Virus record (IMG/VR): IMGVR_UViG_2883187667_000001
Coordinates: 1 to 64,000 of that record
Reading direction: 5' to 3' (one strand)
Length of the DNA stretch: 64,000 nucleotides
Origin: a virus
Taxonomy: Duplodnaviria > Caudoviricetes
Shown: positions 37,801-46,659 of the stretch, one piece after another
Position numbering within the stretch: the stretch's first letter is position 1
How the letters are laid out: every line of letters begins with the position of its first letter
Program-made: the position numbers and the translations under genes
Notes under the pieces: generated by a model
What the model was told of the DNA's origin: nothing
What the model saw: the letters and a program-made list of their open reading frames with translations, nothing else
The model's database searches: none

Positions 37801-40800
37801 TACCAGGATGTCTTGACCAAGGACGACGCGGAAACCATCTGGGCGAAAATGCACAGCATTCCGCAGTCCGACTTGTCGCTGGTGATCATGTCGCATTCCC
37901 GCTTCGGCATGATACCGGTCAAGCAGCAGACCAAAAAGAAATACACCGAAGAAATGCTGTCGCGGGAGCTGATGAGCGCCGGGGATGCCGACAAGCTGAT
38001 GTCCGCAAATCCGGGCAAGCTGTCATATGCCGACGCGCAGAATCAAGACCGCATGGAGCAGAAATACTCCGACGAAGGCACGCGCAAACAGGACGCATAC
38101 CCGTATTTCGAGGACATGGGGTTTGATACCGTCATGCCCGATGAGGCGCATTTTTATAAAAACGCCTTCAAGCCGGGCAAGGAAGCGAGCCGCATCGCTT
38201 ATCTGCCAACGCCCGACCCATCGCAACGCGCCATCGACCTGTCGTTGAAACTGGCGCATATCCGCGAAATGAACGGCGGGCGCGGCGTTGTGTTGCTGAC
38301 GGCCACCCCGGTTACCAACAGCCCGCTTGAAATCTACAACATGTTGTCATTCCTGATTCCGGCAGAGGAATTCGAGCAGTTTGGCGTCTACACACCCGAT
38401 GATTTCGTGCGCGTGTTCGCCGATGTGCAACAGATCGAGAAGCTCAAGGTTTCCGGAGACGTGGGTAACGTCGACGCGATGGTCGGCTTCCAGAATCTGG
38501 ATGGCCTGCGTTCGCTGTTCCACAAGTACGCGATTATTAAAAATGCCGAGGACGTAAACCTTCCCCTCCCCGGCATCGAAGAAACCCAATCAACCGTTGA
38601 GCTATCCGAGGAACAGCAGGGTATCTATGTGGCGCTGCGCGCCGAGGCCAAGACGGCATCGTCTCCCAAGAAAGAGGAGCGTGAAACGGTACGACCGCTG
38701 TTCTCTATCATCCGCGACATGGACAGAACCACCACCGATCTGGACATGTATTACAAGCAGATCACCTTCATCTTCGCGCCCGCGCACAAGGAAGCGCTGG
38801 AAAAAGCGCTGGCGATGATGCCGAAAACGGTACAGCGCAAGGAGTACGACGCCGACAAGGAAAGAGATGTGGTCATGACGGTGCCGTTAGAGTACACGCT
38901 CACCGAAAAAGACGGCAAACTGGTGGTGGTCATGACCGACGCCGGCGAAGAGGACATGGTGGCCGCCATGCAGAAGGTCGGCATCCCGGAAGATGAAGTG
39001 GCGCACCCGATCACGCCAAAATATGCCGAACTGCTGAAGAACCTGAAAAAGGAACTGGATGTTGGCGGAAAGCAGCTAATTTTCATCGAGGAAAAAACCC
39101 AGCACCGGAAGCTGGCCCGGGTCATCGTGCATCACCTGCCCATTACGCTGGAGAACATCGGCATTATCAACGCCACGGATGCCTCCGGCGAAAAGCTACA
39201 GCGCATTTCAGACAGCTACAACGCCGGCAAGATCAAGATTGTTATCGCCAACAAGAAAGCGGAGGTCGGCGTCAACCTGCAAAAAGGCACGACGGCGATT
39301 CATCACCTGACGTTCCCCTGGGTTCCGGCCAGCATGCAGCAGCGCAATGGCCGCGGCGTCCGGCAAGGCAACACTGCGGCGACGGTCAATATCTACTACT
39401 ACATAGGGAAAGGATCGTTCGATCTGTTCCGCCTGAACCTGATCAATAAGAAAGGCAACTGGATTAACGATGTGCTGCGCGGCACCGAATCGAACATGGA
39501 ATCCAAGGGCGACGGCCACCTGTCGGCGGAGGATGTCATGGTGCTGCTGTCCGATAACCCGGAAGAGGCCAAGGCGCGCATGGAGGAAGCAAAAGCCAAG
39601 CGCGAAGCCGCAAAACGGGCTAAATCCGACAAAGCCATGGTCATCAACCTGAACCAGCTCATAGAGGCGCGGCGCAAACTCGCATTGCTGGATGGCTGGA
39701 AATCGGACGAAAAGACCAAGATAGAAGCGGAGCTGGCGAAACTGGCGGCGCGCATTGCCGCGCTTGAGGAAGATGATGGCGAGGAAGCCCGTAAAGACCG
39801 CTCCGATAGTAGGCGCAAGCAGTCCCTGCAGCAAAAAAAGCTCGATACCCTGGACGCCCGTTATCTGGCTATCGAGGAAAGCGCATCGGCGACAGTGAAA
39901 CAAAAAACCGTATTCCTGAAAGCCAAGGCGGCAGCAGGCGAACTACCCTTTGATGCGGGCGCTGTCGACAATCCGGAATCGGTGCTGGTTACCAACGATG
40001 GCCGGATAATAAAGCCGGGCATGGTGTTCGACATTAAAGACGCGAAGTACGACCGTGACCGCAAATTGACCAAAGGCCTAAATCTGGTTGAAGCCATTGA
40101 CGCATCGGCGCGCACCATCACCTTCAAGCCCAAGAGAGAAAATTACAGCTCGCGGCCCATCAGTCTGAACGATCTGCACAACTACGAGCTGAAGCCGGTA
40201 TCCATGACGATTGAGGAATGGGACTTGGCGAACAAACTCGCCAATAACCTAACGCTGAAGGATGTCATCGGGTTGGGGTTTGCCACCTACGACAAGTTCA
40301 AGGATCAAATCAAACTGGCCTATAGGGAATACTATATCGCCGATCTGGGGGACGGCACGGTAACACTGACCAGGGAAAGCTCCAGTTATCGTTCCCTGGT
40401 GGATGCCCGCTTCGTCTGGCCGGATGGCGGCAGCGAGGCCATTAAGCGCCAAGTGGTCAAGGATTACTACCGCAACATCACTGTTTATGGCACGGACTAC
40501 GGCGGCCCGATTATGGAAACCCTGTTCGGCGAGGATTGGAATGCCGCCATTCAGCAATATGCAGAAATGGCGACGCAGGAAGACGTGTTGCGTCAGGCGC
40601 AAGCCATTTTTGAGGCCGACGTTCAATCCAGGGGCATGGATGAATACCAGTTCATCGAGCGCAACAAGTGGTTCGTAGCCAATAATTGGCGCGAATATAC
40701 TGCAAAGATACCAGGCGACAATGTACAGGAGATAATGGATTGGGTGCGAACATTCATGGCGGACAAGATTGCGGCCTACGAAGCCGAGTCCCGGAGACGC

Positions 40801-41355
40801 CAGGACGAGGCCAACCAGAAAGCCGCCGAAGCGATTAAATCCAGCCCGGACTACAAAGAGATTCCAGAGGGTATTGCGCTAAAGCTCTCGGAAAAAGGCA
40901 TCACCGCCCTGTACAACACCGAATCGGTCTACATTAAGCGGAGCAATTGGCCGGCCTTCTCGCTGCTGCTGTTGCAGGACTCGAATGGCAAGCAAGGATT
41001 GCTGTACGCCGCCAAGGAGCGGCTGAAAAGCGCCTATGGCGCGCAATTCGCCGCCGATATATCGACAAAGTTCAGCGGCGCATGGTGGTATATGCCCTCC
41101 TCCCATAAGCTCGACGATATCGTTTCCGTTATACTCAACGATCAGGACGCGCCGGTGATCGAGACCAACAGGGACGCTCCGGAAAAGCTGAAAGTTCCTG
41201 CCGACAAAATAGCCGTTGGCGATGAACTGAATGGATTTGTCGTCCGATCGCTGGGTAAAACCTGGGCGGCTAAGGAATATGAAATCAGCGCCGTCAAGCG
41301 GGATTCGGGCTTCGATATCGAAGAAGGCGACTTGATCCAATACGCGAGATTTTAA
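34873..41355 (+). CDS. darB: DarB-like N6-methyltransferase + SNF2 helicase antirestriction protein
   Basis: EYYTP, LEPATGAG, GNVPF; DVGLGKT, DEAH, TATP, QRNGRGVRQGN. Confidence 0.9.
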   Translation: MSLLEKLFGAIATRRSALDAAAPPCPVLDAVTNPIEQLKLTTELGKVRKEIAGLGDSAMDAMKRLGLTTRLGKIRMELGGQQNQALALEPDTAPQQPEPIQEAHDAPVETVQFGLQASGVKTREKINAQVSAITDQIRAGRNPATLTDDEIALLKQYSGKGGLTINSQHEYYTPPHVAEGVWDALKANGFENGNALEPATGAGVFLATKPSGVIATGTEIDQTSATVAQILNPGDVVSNQSFEYLAASSPDNSFDAVIGNVPFGNARGPSAHDDPPYKSEKLIERYFVQRVIDKVRPGGLICLVVPVNIIQAKGKAWEKFRIAISKKAEFLGGHKLPSKTFSKQGTDVVVDVLVMRKHGADFLAQVDNLPFDTLTAANVVWAEFIEGRYWQGEGKRYIKGEFVPKDPTKFRDSDKVIAGENMTDEALKRALAVKFHSRIDWEMLDSAEPIVRNYIDGDRKEINGIDYEMQGGAWVKIAYTESKTELDTTIYGVDSLDALESIMQSDSGILSLGWGNIEAACDAFPNLVPQHVKDALNFSRLQSDDNQWRAFRGAVIGARIESYLNSGSDDASDLAELKELILHEIVKYGHPNSVTGLTVAGKESKRLGLFINSVDEAGNFSPLLETGTIRQETAEFNSADPVSIVTYLFEQNQDPVELSTVLSMYDGEAMMEDLGDITKIPGLAVSPDGFIYPFDQYCSGDVFPKLRAMREAMLSEKDPRIIEQYKRQIESIDAKRRKTPTEDITFRMRQKWFDQKNYVIEFLHANGFKVTIQYDEERGEFVSRGTGGGLIPQIVNYLNEKPVMGGVKVSDYKDAIKALEDQFDAFMKSHPNSEDLTNQYNEKFNGYVDFSYSCSDLGLTNLGDRIKPHTYQNEAIRRLSREGKGILGFDVGLGKTFTSLALQAYNEQMGRSKRTCIVVPDSVLANWYHEHKAFYKDTSRMLVVGMSPKTNKDGTAQREAIVDEQGNPKLLNGEPIYQDVLTKDDAETIWAKMHSIPQSDLSLVIMSHSRFGMIPVKQQTKKKYTEEMLSRELMSAGDADKLMSANPGKLSYADAQNQDRMEQKYSDEGTRKQDAYPYFEDMGFDTVMPDEAHFYKNAFKPGKEASRIAYLPTPDPSQRAIDLSLKLAHIREMNGGRGVVLLTATPVTNSPLEIYNMLSFLIPAEEFEQFGVYTPDDFVRVFADVQQIEKLKVSGDVGNVDAMVGFQNLDGLRSLFHKYAIIKNAEDVNLPLPGIEETQSTVELSEEQQGIYVALRAEAKTASSPKKEERETVRPLFSIIRDMDRTTTDLDMYYKQITFIFAPAHKEALEKALAMMPKTVQRKEYDADKERDVVMTVPLEYTLTEKDGKLVVVMTDAGEEDMVAAMQKVGIPEDEVAHPITPKYAELLKNLKKELDVGGKQLIFIEEKTQHRKLARVIVHHLPITLENIGIINATDASGEKLQRISDSYNAGKIKIVIANKKAEVGVNLQKGTTAIHHLTFPWVPASMQQRNGRGVRQGNTAATVNIYYYIGKGSFDLFRLNLINKKGNWINDVLRGTESNMESKGDGHLSAEDVMVLLSDNPEEAKARMEEAKAKREAAKRAKSDKAMVINLNQLIEARRKLALLDGWKSDEKTKIEAELAKLAARIAALEEDDGEEARKDRSDSRRKQSLQQKKLDTLDARYLAIEESASATVKQKTVFLKAKAAAGELPFDAGAVDNPESVLVTNDGRIIKPGMVFDIKDAKYDRDRKLTKGLNLVEAIDASARTITFKPKRENYSSRPISLNDLHNYELKPVSMTIEEWDLANKLANNLTLKDVIGLGFATYDKFKDQIKLAYREYYIADLGDGTVTLTRESSSYRSLVDARFVWPDGGSEAIKRQVVKDYYRNITVYGTDYGGPIMETLFGEDWNAAIQQYAEMATQEDVLRQAQAIFEADVQSRGMDEYQFIERNKWFVANNWREYTAKIPGDNVQEIMDWVRTFMADKIAAYEAESRRRQDEANQKAAEAIKSSPDYKEIPEGIALKLSEKGITALYNTESVYIKRSNWPAFSLLLLQDSNGKQGLLYAAKERLKSAYGAQFAADISTKFSGAWWYMPSSHKLDDIVSVILNDQDAPVIETNRDAPEKLKVPADKIAVGDELNGFVVRSLGKTWAAKEYEISAVKRDSGFDIEEGDLIQYARF

Positions 41356-41357
41356 GC

Positions 41358-41771
41358 ATGAGACTCTACAGCAAAGACGATTTACAAGACGCCCTGTTCG
41401 AAGCGCTGAACAGCAATAAAAGCTCGGCTGAGTTCGTCAAGAAATATGTCACCAATCTGGGCAAAATCATCAAGAAAAGGCCGCAGCATTACCGCTATTT
41501 CGGTCCGTACTGGTGGGCGCTGAAGTCGATCATGCTCAAGTACGAAGTACCCGGCATTGATGATTTTGTAGATCTGGAGTGGCTGGAAAAAATCAATCAG
41601 GCGCTGACCGGCGATGACTATGTCTGCGTGGCGTCCTGGGCCATGCAGGAAAGCCGGTTCGGCGGTCTGGAACTACCCACCAACACCGTGATGCTTGAAG
41701 ACGCCGAGGGCAATATGACCGAATGCGTCACCATAGACCCGTTTCTTGAGGCGCTGATTAAAAGCGGTTGA
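41358..41771 (+). CDS. ulx: Ulx-like DarB-packaging accessory protein
   Basis: Directly after darB; P..YRYFGPYWWALK resembles P1 Ulx. Confidence 0.7.
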   Translation: MRLYSKDDLQDALFEALNSNKSSAEFVKKYVTNLGKIIKKRPQHYRYFGPYWWALKSIMLKYEVPGIDDFVDLEWLEKINQALTGDDYVCVASWAMQESRFGGLELPTNTVMLEDAEGNMTECVTIDPFLEALIKSG

Positions 41772-41779
41772 TTTTGGAC

Positions 41780-42175
41780 TCACTTACCCATCGCTAAACG
41801 GGCGGCATCCGCCAGAAATCCACTCCGGGTAGAGTGATGGGCGCGGGCGTAATCGTCAATCTTCGCCAGCAGTCGGCGCGGCAGGGTGATATTAATTTTT
41901 TCGGAACGCCCATCGAAACGCGCGGTATCTACGTCGACCAAGGCCCATACGCCGCCCTCGAAGTCAGGGTTTAGCCTATGCTCGGCGATCGGTCGCGGAA
42001 CCGGAATTTCCTCATCGTCGTCGGTCATGCCTTCAAGGTGCAGGTCAATAGCTTCCGCCACACTGTTCAGGGCGTCGTCGAAGGTGTCGCCCGCCGAAAA
42101 ACATCCGGGAAGATCGGGAACGGTAACGCCAAAACGCACGCCGTCATCGGTATGCAATACCACGGGAAAGCGCAT
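41780..42175 (-). CDS. hicB: HicB antitoxin (RHH C-terminus)
   Basis: GVTVPDLPGCFSAGDT...EAIDLHLE; KINITLP...TRSGFL. Confidence 0.92.
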   Translation of the reverse strand: MRFPVVLHTDDGVRFGVTVPDLPGCFSAGDTFDDALNSVAEAIDLHLEGMTDDDEEIPVPRPIAEHRLNPDFEGGVWALVDVDTARFDGRSEKINITLPRRLLAKIDDYARAHHSTRSGFLADAARLAMGK

Positions 42176-42184
42176 AATAAACTC

Positions 42185-42385
42185 CTATTTCCACCCCGCC
42201 TGTTTCTCGATGCTGCGTAGCGCACCGGCAGGGATGTCGCTGTCAGGGTGCTTTACAGTCACCCGGCCCGGATTTGTCGGATGCTTGAATTGATGGTGCG
42301 AACCTCTGACTCTATCCAGATACCAGCCTTCCGACTCCAGGCGCTTGATGACTTGCTTGCTGTCCCTGGTGGTTATTATAACCAC
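42185..42385 (-). CDS. hicA: HicA toxin (start codon doubtful)
   Basis: VIKRLESEGW....RGSHHQFKHP...GRVTV.HP..DIP.G. Confidence 0.85.
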   Translation of the reverse strand: MVIITTRDSKQVIKRLESEGWYLDRVRGSHHQFKHPTNPGRVTVKHPDSDIPAGALRSIEKQAGWK

Positions 42386-42388
42386 CAG
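42366..42388. promoter_or_regulatory. hicAB operator palindrome overlapping -10
   Basis: CTGGTGGTTAT-T-ATAACCACCAG perfect inverted repeat containing minus-strand TATAAT. Confidence 0.7.
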
Positions 42389-42642
42389 TCAGTAATTGAC
42401 AATGTATTTGACAGGGACGCGGCTACCGGAAGATTACCACTGTCAACCTGTCAATTTTTACAGTTACGCCGATGCACGGCGCAGGGCTATAATGCCGGTG
42501 AGCAATCAGGAAACATAAGCCGTGCAGGGACAGCCGCTTCAACCGTTTACCGCAATAATCACAATAGCCGCCGATATGAGGCAAAGTTTTGCGTCATATA
42601 GGTGGGCGAATTTTTCGTTATGCCCCTTAGGGATTTGCACGA

Positions 42643-43491
42643 ATGCAAACTATAGATGAAGCCCTGATCGAAAAATTCAAACAAATCCTTTGTGAGCCCC
42701 CCTCCCCGGGACGCCAGAAGGAGCAGGTTGTACAGGACTTTCTTGAGCAACACACAGAGCTGATTCCGATTCCGAACCGCTTGAACCACCATCTCCATTT
42801 TCAATCTGTAGTGTCCAAGTTCCCACTTGGTACTGAACTGACTACAGACTACGTCTACATCACAAAAAGTTCTGACGTTTGGAGAGTAACCCTTGTCGAA
42901 TTGGAGTCTCCGGATAAGCGCATCTTTACCAGTGACGTTAAGAAAACGAATACTTCAGCAGAGTTCAATGCAGCGTTGAATCAGGTAAGAAGTTGGAAAC
43001 ACTACCTTGATGAAAACAAAGCCGAAGTAATTCGTCGCCTTGACCCGTTGCTACAACCAATAAACATGAGGCGGAACCCCATCGAGTTTCACTTCCAACT
43101 CATCATTGGCCGATCCGAAGACAAAAACCTAAGCGTGGAACGGAAGAAACACTTTAGAGGACTCATTGATGAAACTGGGATCGACCTTTTAACATTTGAC
43201 CAACTGATTGACTGGTACAGAAACGATCAGCGCTATAAGAAGCTTGTGCTGCGCCTCACGGGCGCGCAATACGCTTTCAAGCATATGCATTTCGAGCCGA
43301 CACAAATTCTTTCGTATGTGGGGCCTGACCGTCTATCCCTAAGCTCCGACGAGTTTGGGCGCTTAAAGGCTGCTGGATACGAAATGGACAAGTGGAGCAA
43401 GGGTGACTTGCTCACCTACAACGTCAAATTTGCAGAATCGACAAGAAACCAAGAGCTAAATAAAGGACGGCACTCTTTTTACTCTAAATAA
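42643..43491 (+). CDS. sduA: Shedu (SduA/DUF4263) anti-phage nuclease
   Basis: E...QDFLE, D, VELESP, A.NQV..W, LIIGR, LLTFDQL. Confidence 0.8.
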   Translation: MQTIDEALIEKFKQILCEPPSPGRQKEQVVQDFLEQHTELIPIPNRLNHHLHFQSVVSKFPLGTELTTDYVYITKSSDVWRVTLVELESPDKRIFTSDVKKTNTSAEFNAALNQVRSWKHYLDENKAEVIRRLDPLLQPINMRRNPIEFHFQLIIGRSEDKNLSVERKKHFRGLIDETGIDLLTFDQLIDWYRNDQRYKKLVLRLTGAQYAFKHMHFEPTQILSYVGPDRLSLSSDEFGRLKAAGYEMDKWSKGDLLTYNVKFAESTRNQELNKGRHSFYSK

Positions 43492-43532
43492 AGGTGTATA
43501 ATTTACTTTAGTCGCAACAGGCCATCATTCAA

Positions 43533-44315
43533 ATGAGCTGTTTAGCAATGAAGACCAAGGAAAGATCTATGTCTCACGATAATACAATCAAAAATTACAT
43601 GAAGTTTCTTTGGGGACCTCACTTAGCGGAGATTGTTTTTGAGTCGCCCAGCCGACAAGCAGTATCTAGCTCCGTTCAAAATGCTTCCGTAATTTCCGGG
43701 TTTAGTATTGCAGCTATAGCCATAATTTTGGCTACCACCCCTCTAACCTCACCTTTATTGATCACTCTTGTTTATTTATTTCTAGCATTAATGCTACTAT
43801 TTAAATGCGGCGATTGCTTGACCAATTCACTGCATTTTGATGACCCCATAACCAACCAGAAAGAACTAAAGTTTTATCGCAGGCAGGTTTACTGGGGATG
43901 GAGGCATTATAATCTGGCCATAATAATAATTATTGCATCGATAGCATTTTTTTCCATTATAAAAATACAAGACCAAAATATACCAAGCCACCTAAAGCTA
44001 TCCTTGTACACTGCAATTACCTTGGTTTTCGCATGGTGGGCATCATTTTGGTTTGTGGATTTATGGAAAACAATTATTTTCATTGTAAAATGTGAAGACA
44101 AGAATTACAGCAACTACTCGACAGAGCAAAAGAAGTTAATTGAGCGCAATATTCTTTTCAAGTTAATCTTGTATTCCGGTATAACTGTAACTTTAACTAT
44201 ATTATTAACTCTTTTGCCTTTTGGTTTTTTTTCTTCATGTGTAGATGTGCAGGCATTATTAATTACATTGATATTGTTTGCAGTCCTTCGAGCGATAGTA
44301 ATAGATACATTTTGA
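43533..44315 (+). CDS. AT-rich multi-pass membrane protein (~6 TM); start may be 43569
   Basis: Six hydrophobic stretches; much lower GC than flanks. Confidence 0.75.
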   Translation: MSCLAMKTKERSMSHDNTIKNYMKFLWGPHLAEIVFESPSRQAVSSSVQNASVISGFSIAAIAIILATTPLTSPLLITLVYLFLALMLLFKCGDCLTNSLHFDDPITNQKELKFYRRQVYWGWRHYNLAIIIIIASIAFFSIIKIQDQNIPSHLKLSLYTAITLVFAWWASFWFVDLWKTIIFIVKCEDKNYSNYSTEQKKLIERNILFKLILYSGITVTLTILLTLLPFGFFSSCVDVQALLITLILFAVLRAIVIDTF

Positions 44316-44434
44316 CCAGTCACTATGCTTGAGAGATTTATGATCTACGCTGGATTCTGCCTTGTTTTCTGTCTTGGATTAACAAAAAAAGCACCCACTT
44401 CGGCGCTAGACTCAGTCTCGTTTGTTGTGCCACG

Positions 44435-44521
44435 GCCTAACGAAGCGTTCGAAGCGGACGCGCTTGACGATCAGCCTACTTACCACAGTTTTTGCGCGTA
44501 CCGCTCAACTTTGCGTTGGTC
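44435..44521 (+). other. Integron attC site 1
   Basis: R'' GCCTAAC; inner boxes GTTCGAAGCGGACGCGC / GCGCGTACCGCTCAAC with extrahelical bases; R' GTTGGTC. Confidence 0.75.
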
Positions 44522-44544
44522 ATCTTGATACTGAGGCGCGAACG

Positions 44545-45036
44545 ATGAGCGAATTTGATACGCGGAAGAAGGCTCTACTAGAACCATTATTCATCGAAGC
44601 TGGCAACGCATTGATGGATTGCCAGACTTTCGAGTACGGCCTAACGCTTCTGCTCTTTCATCTTGCCAGACTCGATAGCATAACTCTCGACCCTCAAAAG
44701 GTTGCTCTAATTTTGGAGAACCAAGACAAGAAAACGGCAGGCCAGCTAATTGCCATGCTGAAGAAAAAGGCCAACGTAAGCGACGGTATCGAAAAAGCCT
44801 TGGAAGTTGCTCTCGCTTCACGCAACACACTTATCCATCGCATATTGATAGACAACGCAGAGAAACTTCCCCAAGCAGAAACGAGGGCATCGCTGCTTAA
44901 GGAAATTCGAAGCCTGCGCGCTAATGTTCAAAAGGCAGACAAGAAGTTGCGCCCGTTCATCCACGCATTTGGTCTCGAACTCGATGGCTTTGACAATCGC
45001 CAATTCGAAGCCGAAGCAAAGGCAACGTTTACGTGA
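44545..45036 (+). CDS. HEPN-like putative RNase (cassette gene)
   Basis: All-helical 163 aa; Q.FE and RNTLIH (Rx4H) motifs; flanked by attC sites. Confidence 0.65.
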   Translation: MSEFDTRKKALLEPLFIEAGNALMDCQTFEYGLTLLLFHLARLDSITLDPQKVALILENQDKKTAGQLIAMLKKKANVSDGIEKALEVALASRNTLIHRILIDNAEKLPQAETRASLLKEIRSLRANVQKADKKLRPFIHAFGLELDGFDNRQFEAEAKATFT

Positions 45037-45043
45037 ACCCGAT

Positions 45044-45109
45044 GCCCAACCCTTCAGTCGAGAGGGGCTGCGCAAAAGCGCGCAGCCCCTCACTTTTACG
45101 TTGTTGGGC
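45044..45109 (+). other. Integron attC site 2
   Basis: GCCCAAC...GTCGAGAGGGGCTGCGC-AAAAGC-GCGCAGCCCCTCAC...GTTGGGC. Confidence 0.85.
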
Positions 45110-45112
45110 ATC

Positions 45113-46039
45113 ATGATGAGGATCGTGCCATTTATTCTTGGCTTGGCGCTAGATATTGCACTCAAGCGCCTGACGCGGCCGCATACGGTCTACTCGAAGC
45201 TTGCGATAACAGCACTGCTCATCAGTGGCGGAGCCTTCATCACCCCATTTTGGCAACAAGCCGTTGAAGGTCTCATTGCGCCCTTGGACAATCCAGGATG
45301 CACCGGCCCACTTCCATCTATCGCATCAGGTTCGATTTTTCTCTTGTTATCCTTTTTGTTTGGATCTATATCGCAAAGGCATTCAACGCAACAACGGGAA
45401 TCACTTGTAGACACAAAATCGCTCAGTGGTCCTATCTCAATTGGGCAGGCGCAAGTTTATTGCTACTGCGGGTCGGTATTGGCAATGTCAAACATTGATG
45501 TGGTCATTACCTCAGAGAATAGAGATCTACATCTTGGAAGTATTAACGGCACTTCTGTTTCAGGAAGAATTAGGCGACTTGCCGCTTCATATAACAGCGA
45601 TGGAACACTAAGCGCCGACCATCTGCTTAATCACACCATCCAATGGAAATCGAATCAGCATCACAAGGGACCATACAGATTGGGGCAATGCATAGTCTCT
45701 CCCCCATTTAATGCCAAACGTCGCGGCATCAAATCCATAGTTCATGCAATCACACTTGAAAAACGTGACTCAGGATTAAATATCGTAGAGGAATCTGCGA
45801 ACCGAGAAGTAATCGATTTTGTTATCAAACATTGCAACGTACAACAGTATTCTTCCTTTTTTCTACCAATATTTGGACTCGGTAGTGGTGGCCTATCTCG
45901 AGATGATGCGATCTCCAGAACATTAACCCCTCTCATTGCCAAGCTTCGTACCACGGCTGCGCCCCTTTCTGTTTATGTGGGAACCTATCGTCTCTCTGAT
46001 GCAGCAATTGCTTCGACATTTTTGCTGAGAGCGCAATGA
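45113..46039 (+). CDS. 2TM + Macro-domain protein (cassette gene)
   Basis: Two N-terminal hydrophobic helices; Macro motifs IDVVITSEN, SVSGRI, GIKSIVHA, FLPIFGLGSGG. Confidence 0.75.
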   Translation: MMRIVPFILGLALDIALKRLTRPHTVYSKLAITALLISGGAFITPFWQQAVEGLIAPLDNPGCTGPLPSIASGSIFLLLSFLFGSISQRHSTQQRESLVDTKSLSGPISIGQAQVYCYCGSVLAMSNIDVVITSENRDLHLGSINGTSVSGRIRRLAASYNSDGTLSADHLLNHTIQWKSNQHHKGPYRLGQCIVSPPFNAKRRGIKSIVHAITLEKRDSGLNIVEESANREVIDFVIKHCNVQQYSSFFLPIFGLGSGGLSRDDAISRTLTPLIAKLRTTAAPLSVYVGTYRLSDAAIASTFLLRAQ

Positions 46040-46530
46040 CCCCCCATCTCGCAGAGGATGTTGCATCGCTCTTATGTCGGCTAGATGAGCGCAGGACAGG
46101 AGCAATTATAGGTTACACAAGCGGAGTCTTTGATCTTTTTCATCAAGGGCATCTCAACTATCTAAACGCATGCAAACTGGCTGTGGATGTATTGGTTGTC
46201 GGTGTAGACGCCGATATCTTGGTTCGGATTAGAAAGGGCAGTCATCGTGCTTACGAAAAATGCAACACAAGGGTCGCCCATGTACAAGAGACAGGCCTTG
46301 TAGACGAGTTATTTATCAAGACGAATTCCTCCGACGAGATAATTCCCATCATTCGACCGCATAGATACTTTATTCCAAGCAACCGCCAAATCAGCGCTCT
46401 GCGATCCCAACTTCTAAACGACTTATCAGTACGACTTGATGTGCTTCCTTATACAAGTGGGGTATCTACAACGAAAATGGCACGGCTAATTGGAATTTCT
46501 TCGGATAGCAGTGACTTTGAAAATAAGTGA
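46036..46530 (+). CDS. HxGH cytidylyl/adenylyltransferase (TagD/HldE-domain-II-like)
   Basis: GYTSGVFDLFHQGHLNYL, LVVGVDAD, YTSGVSTT; ATGA-coupled to Macro gene. Confidence 0.9.
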   Translation: MTPHLAEDVASLLCRLDERRTGAIIGYTSGVFDLFHQGHLNYLNACKLAVDVLVVGVDADILVRIRKGSHRAYEKCNTRVAHVQETGLVDELFIKTNSSDEIIPIIRPHRYFIPSNRQISALRSQLLNDLSVRLDVLPYTSGVSTTKMARLIGISSDSSDFENK

Positions 46531-46541
46531 ATTCGATCGAT

Positions 46542-46590
46542 GCCCAACCCATCATTCCACCGGACTTGCGCGAAAAACCACGCATGAAGC
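46542..46590 (+). other. Truncated attC site 3
   Basis: GCCCAAC-CCATCATTCCACCGGACTTGCGCGAAAAACCACGCA left half present, right half missing. Confidence 0.65.
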
Positions 46591-46632
46591 CCAATATCAT
46601 CGCCACCTGACAAGCTTATCGCTAACTCAACT

Positions 46633-46659
46633 TAAGCCCGCCCCACGCGGGCTTTTTTG
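46633..46659 (+). terminator. Intrinsic terminator closing the cargo island
   Basis: AAGCCCGC-CCCAC-GCGGGCTT followed by T run. Confidence 0.75.

Noticed and set aside
44924-45112. ORF-track N-terminal extensions of the Macro gene (and 44422-44544 for the HEPN gene)
   Set aside because: They read through attC sites; real starts are 45113 and 44545
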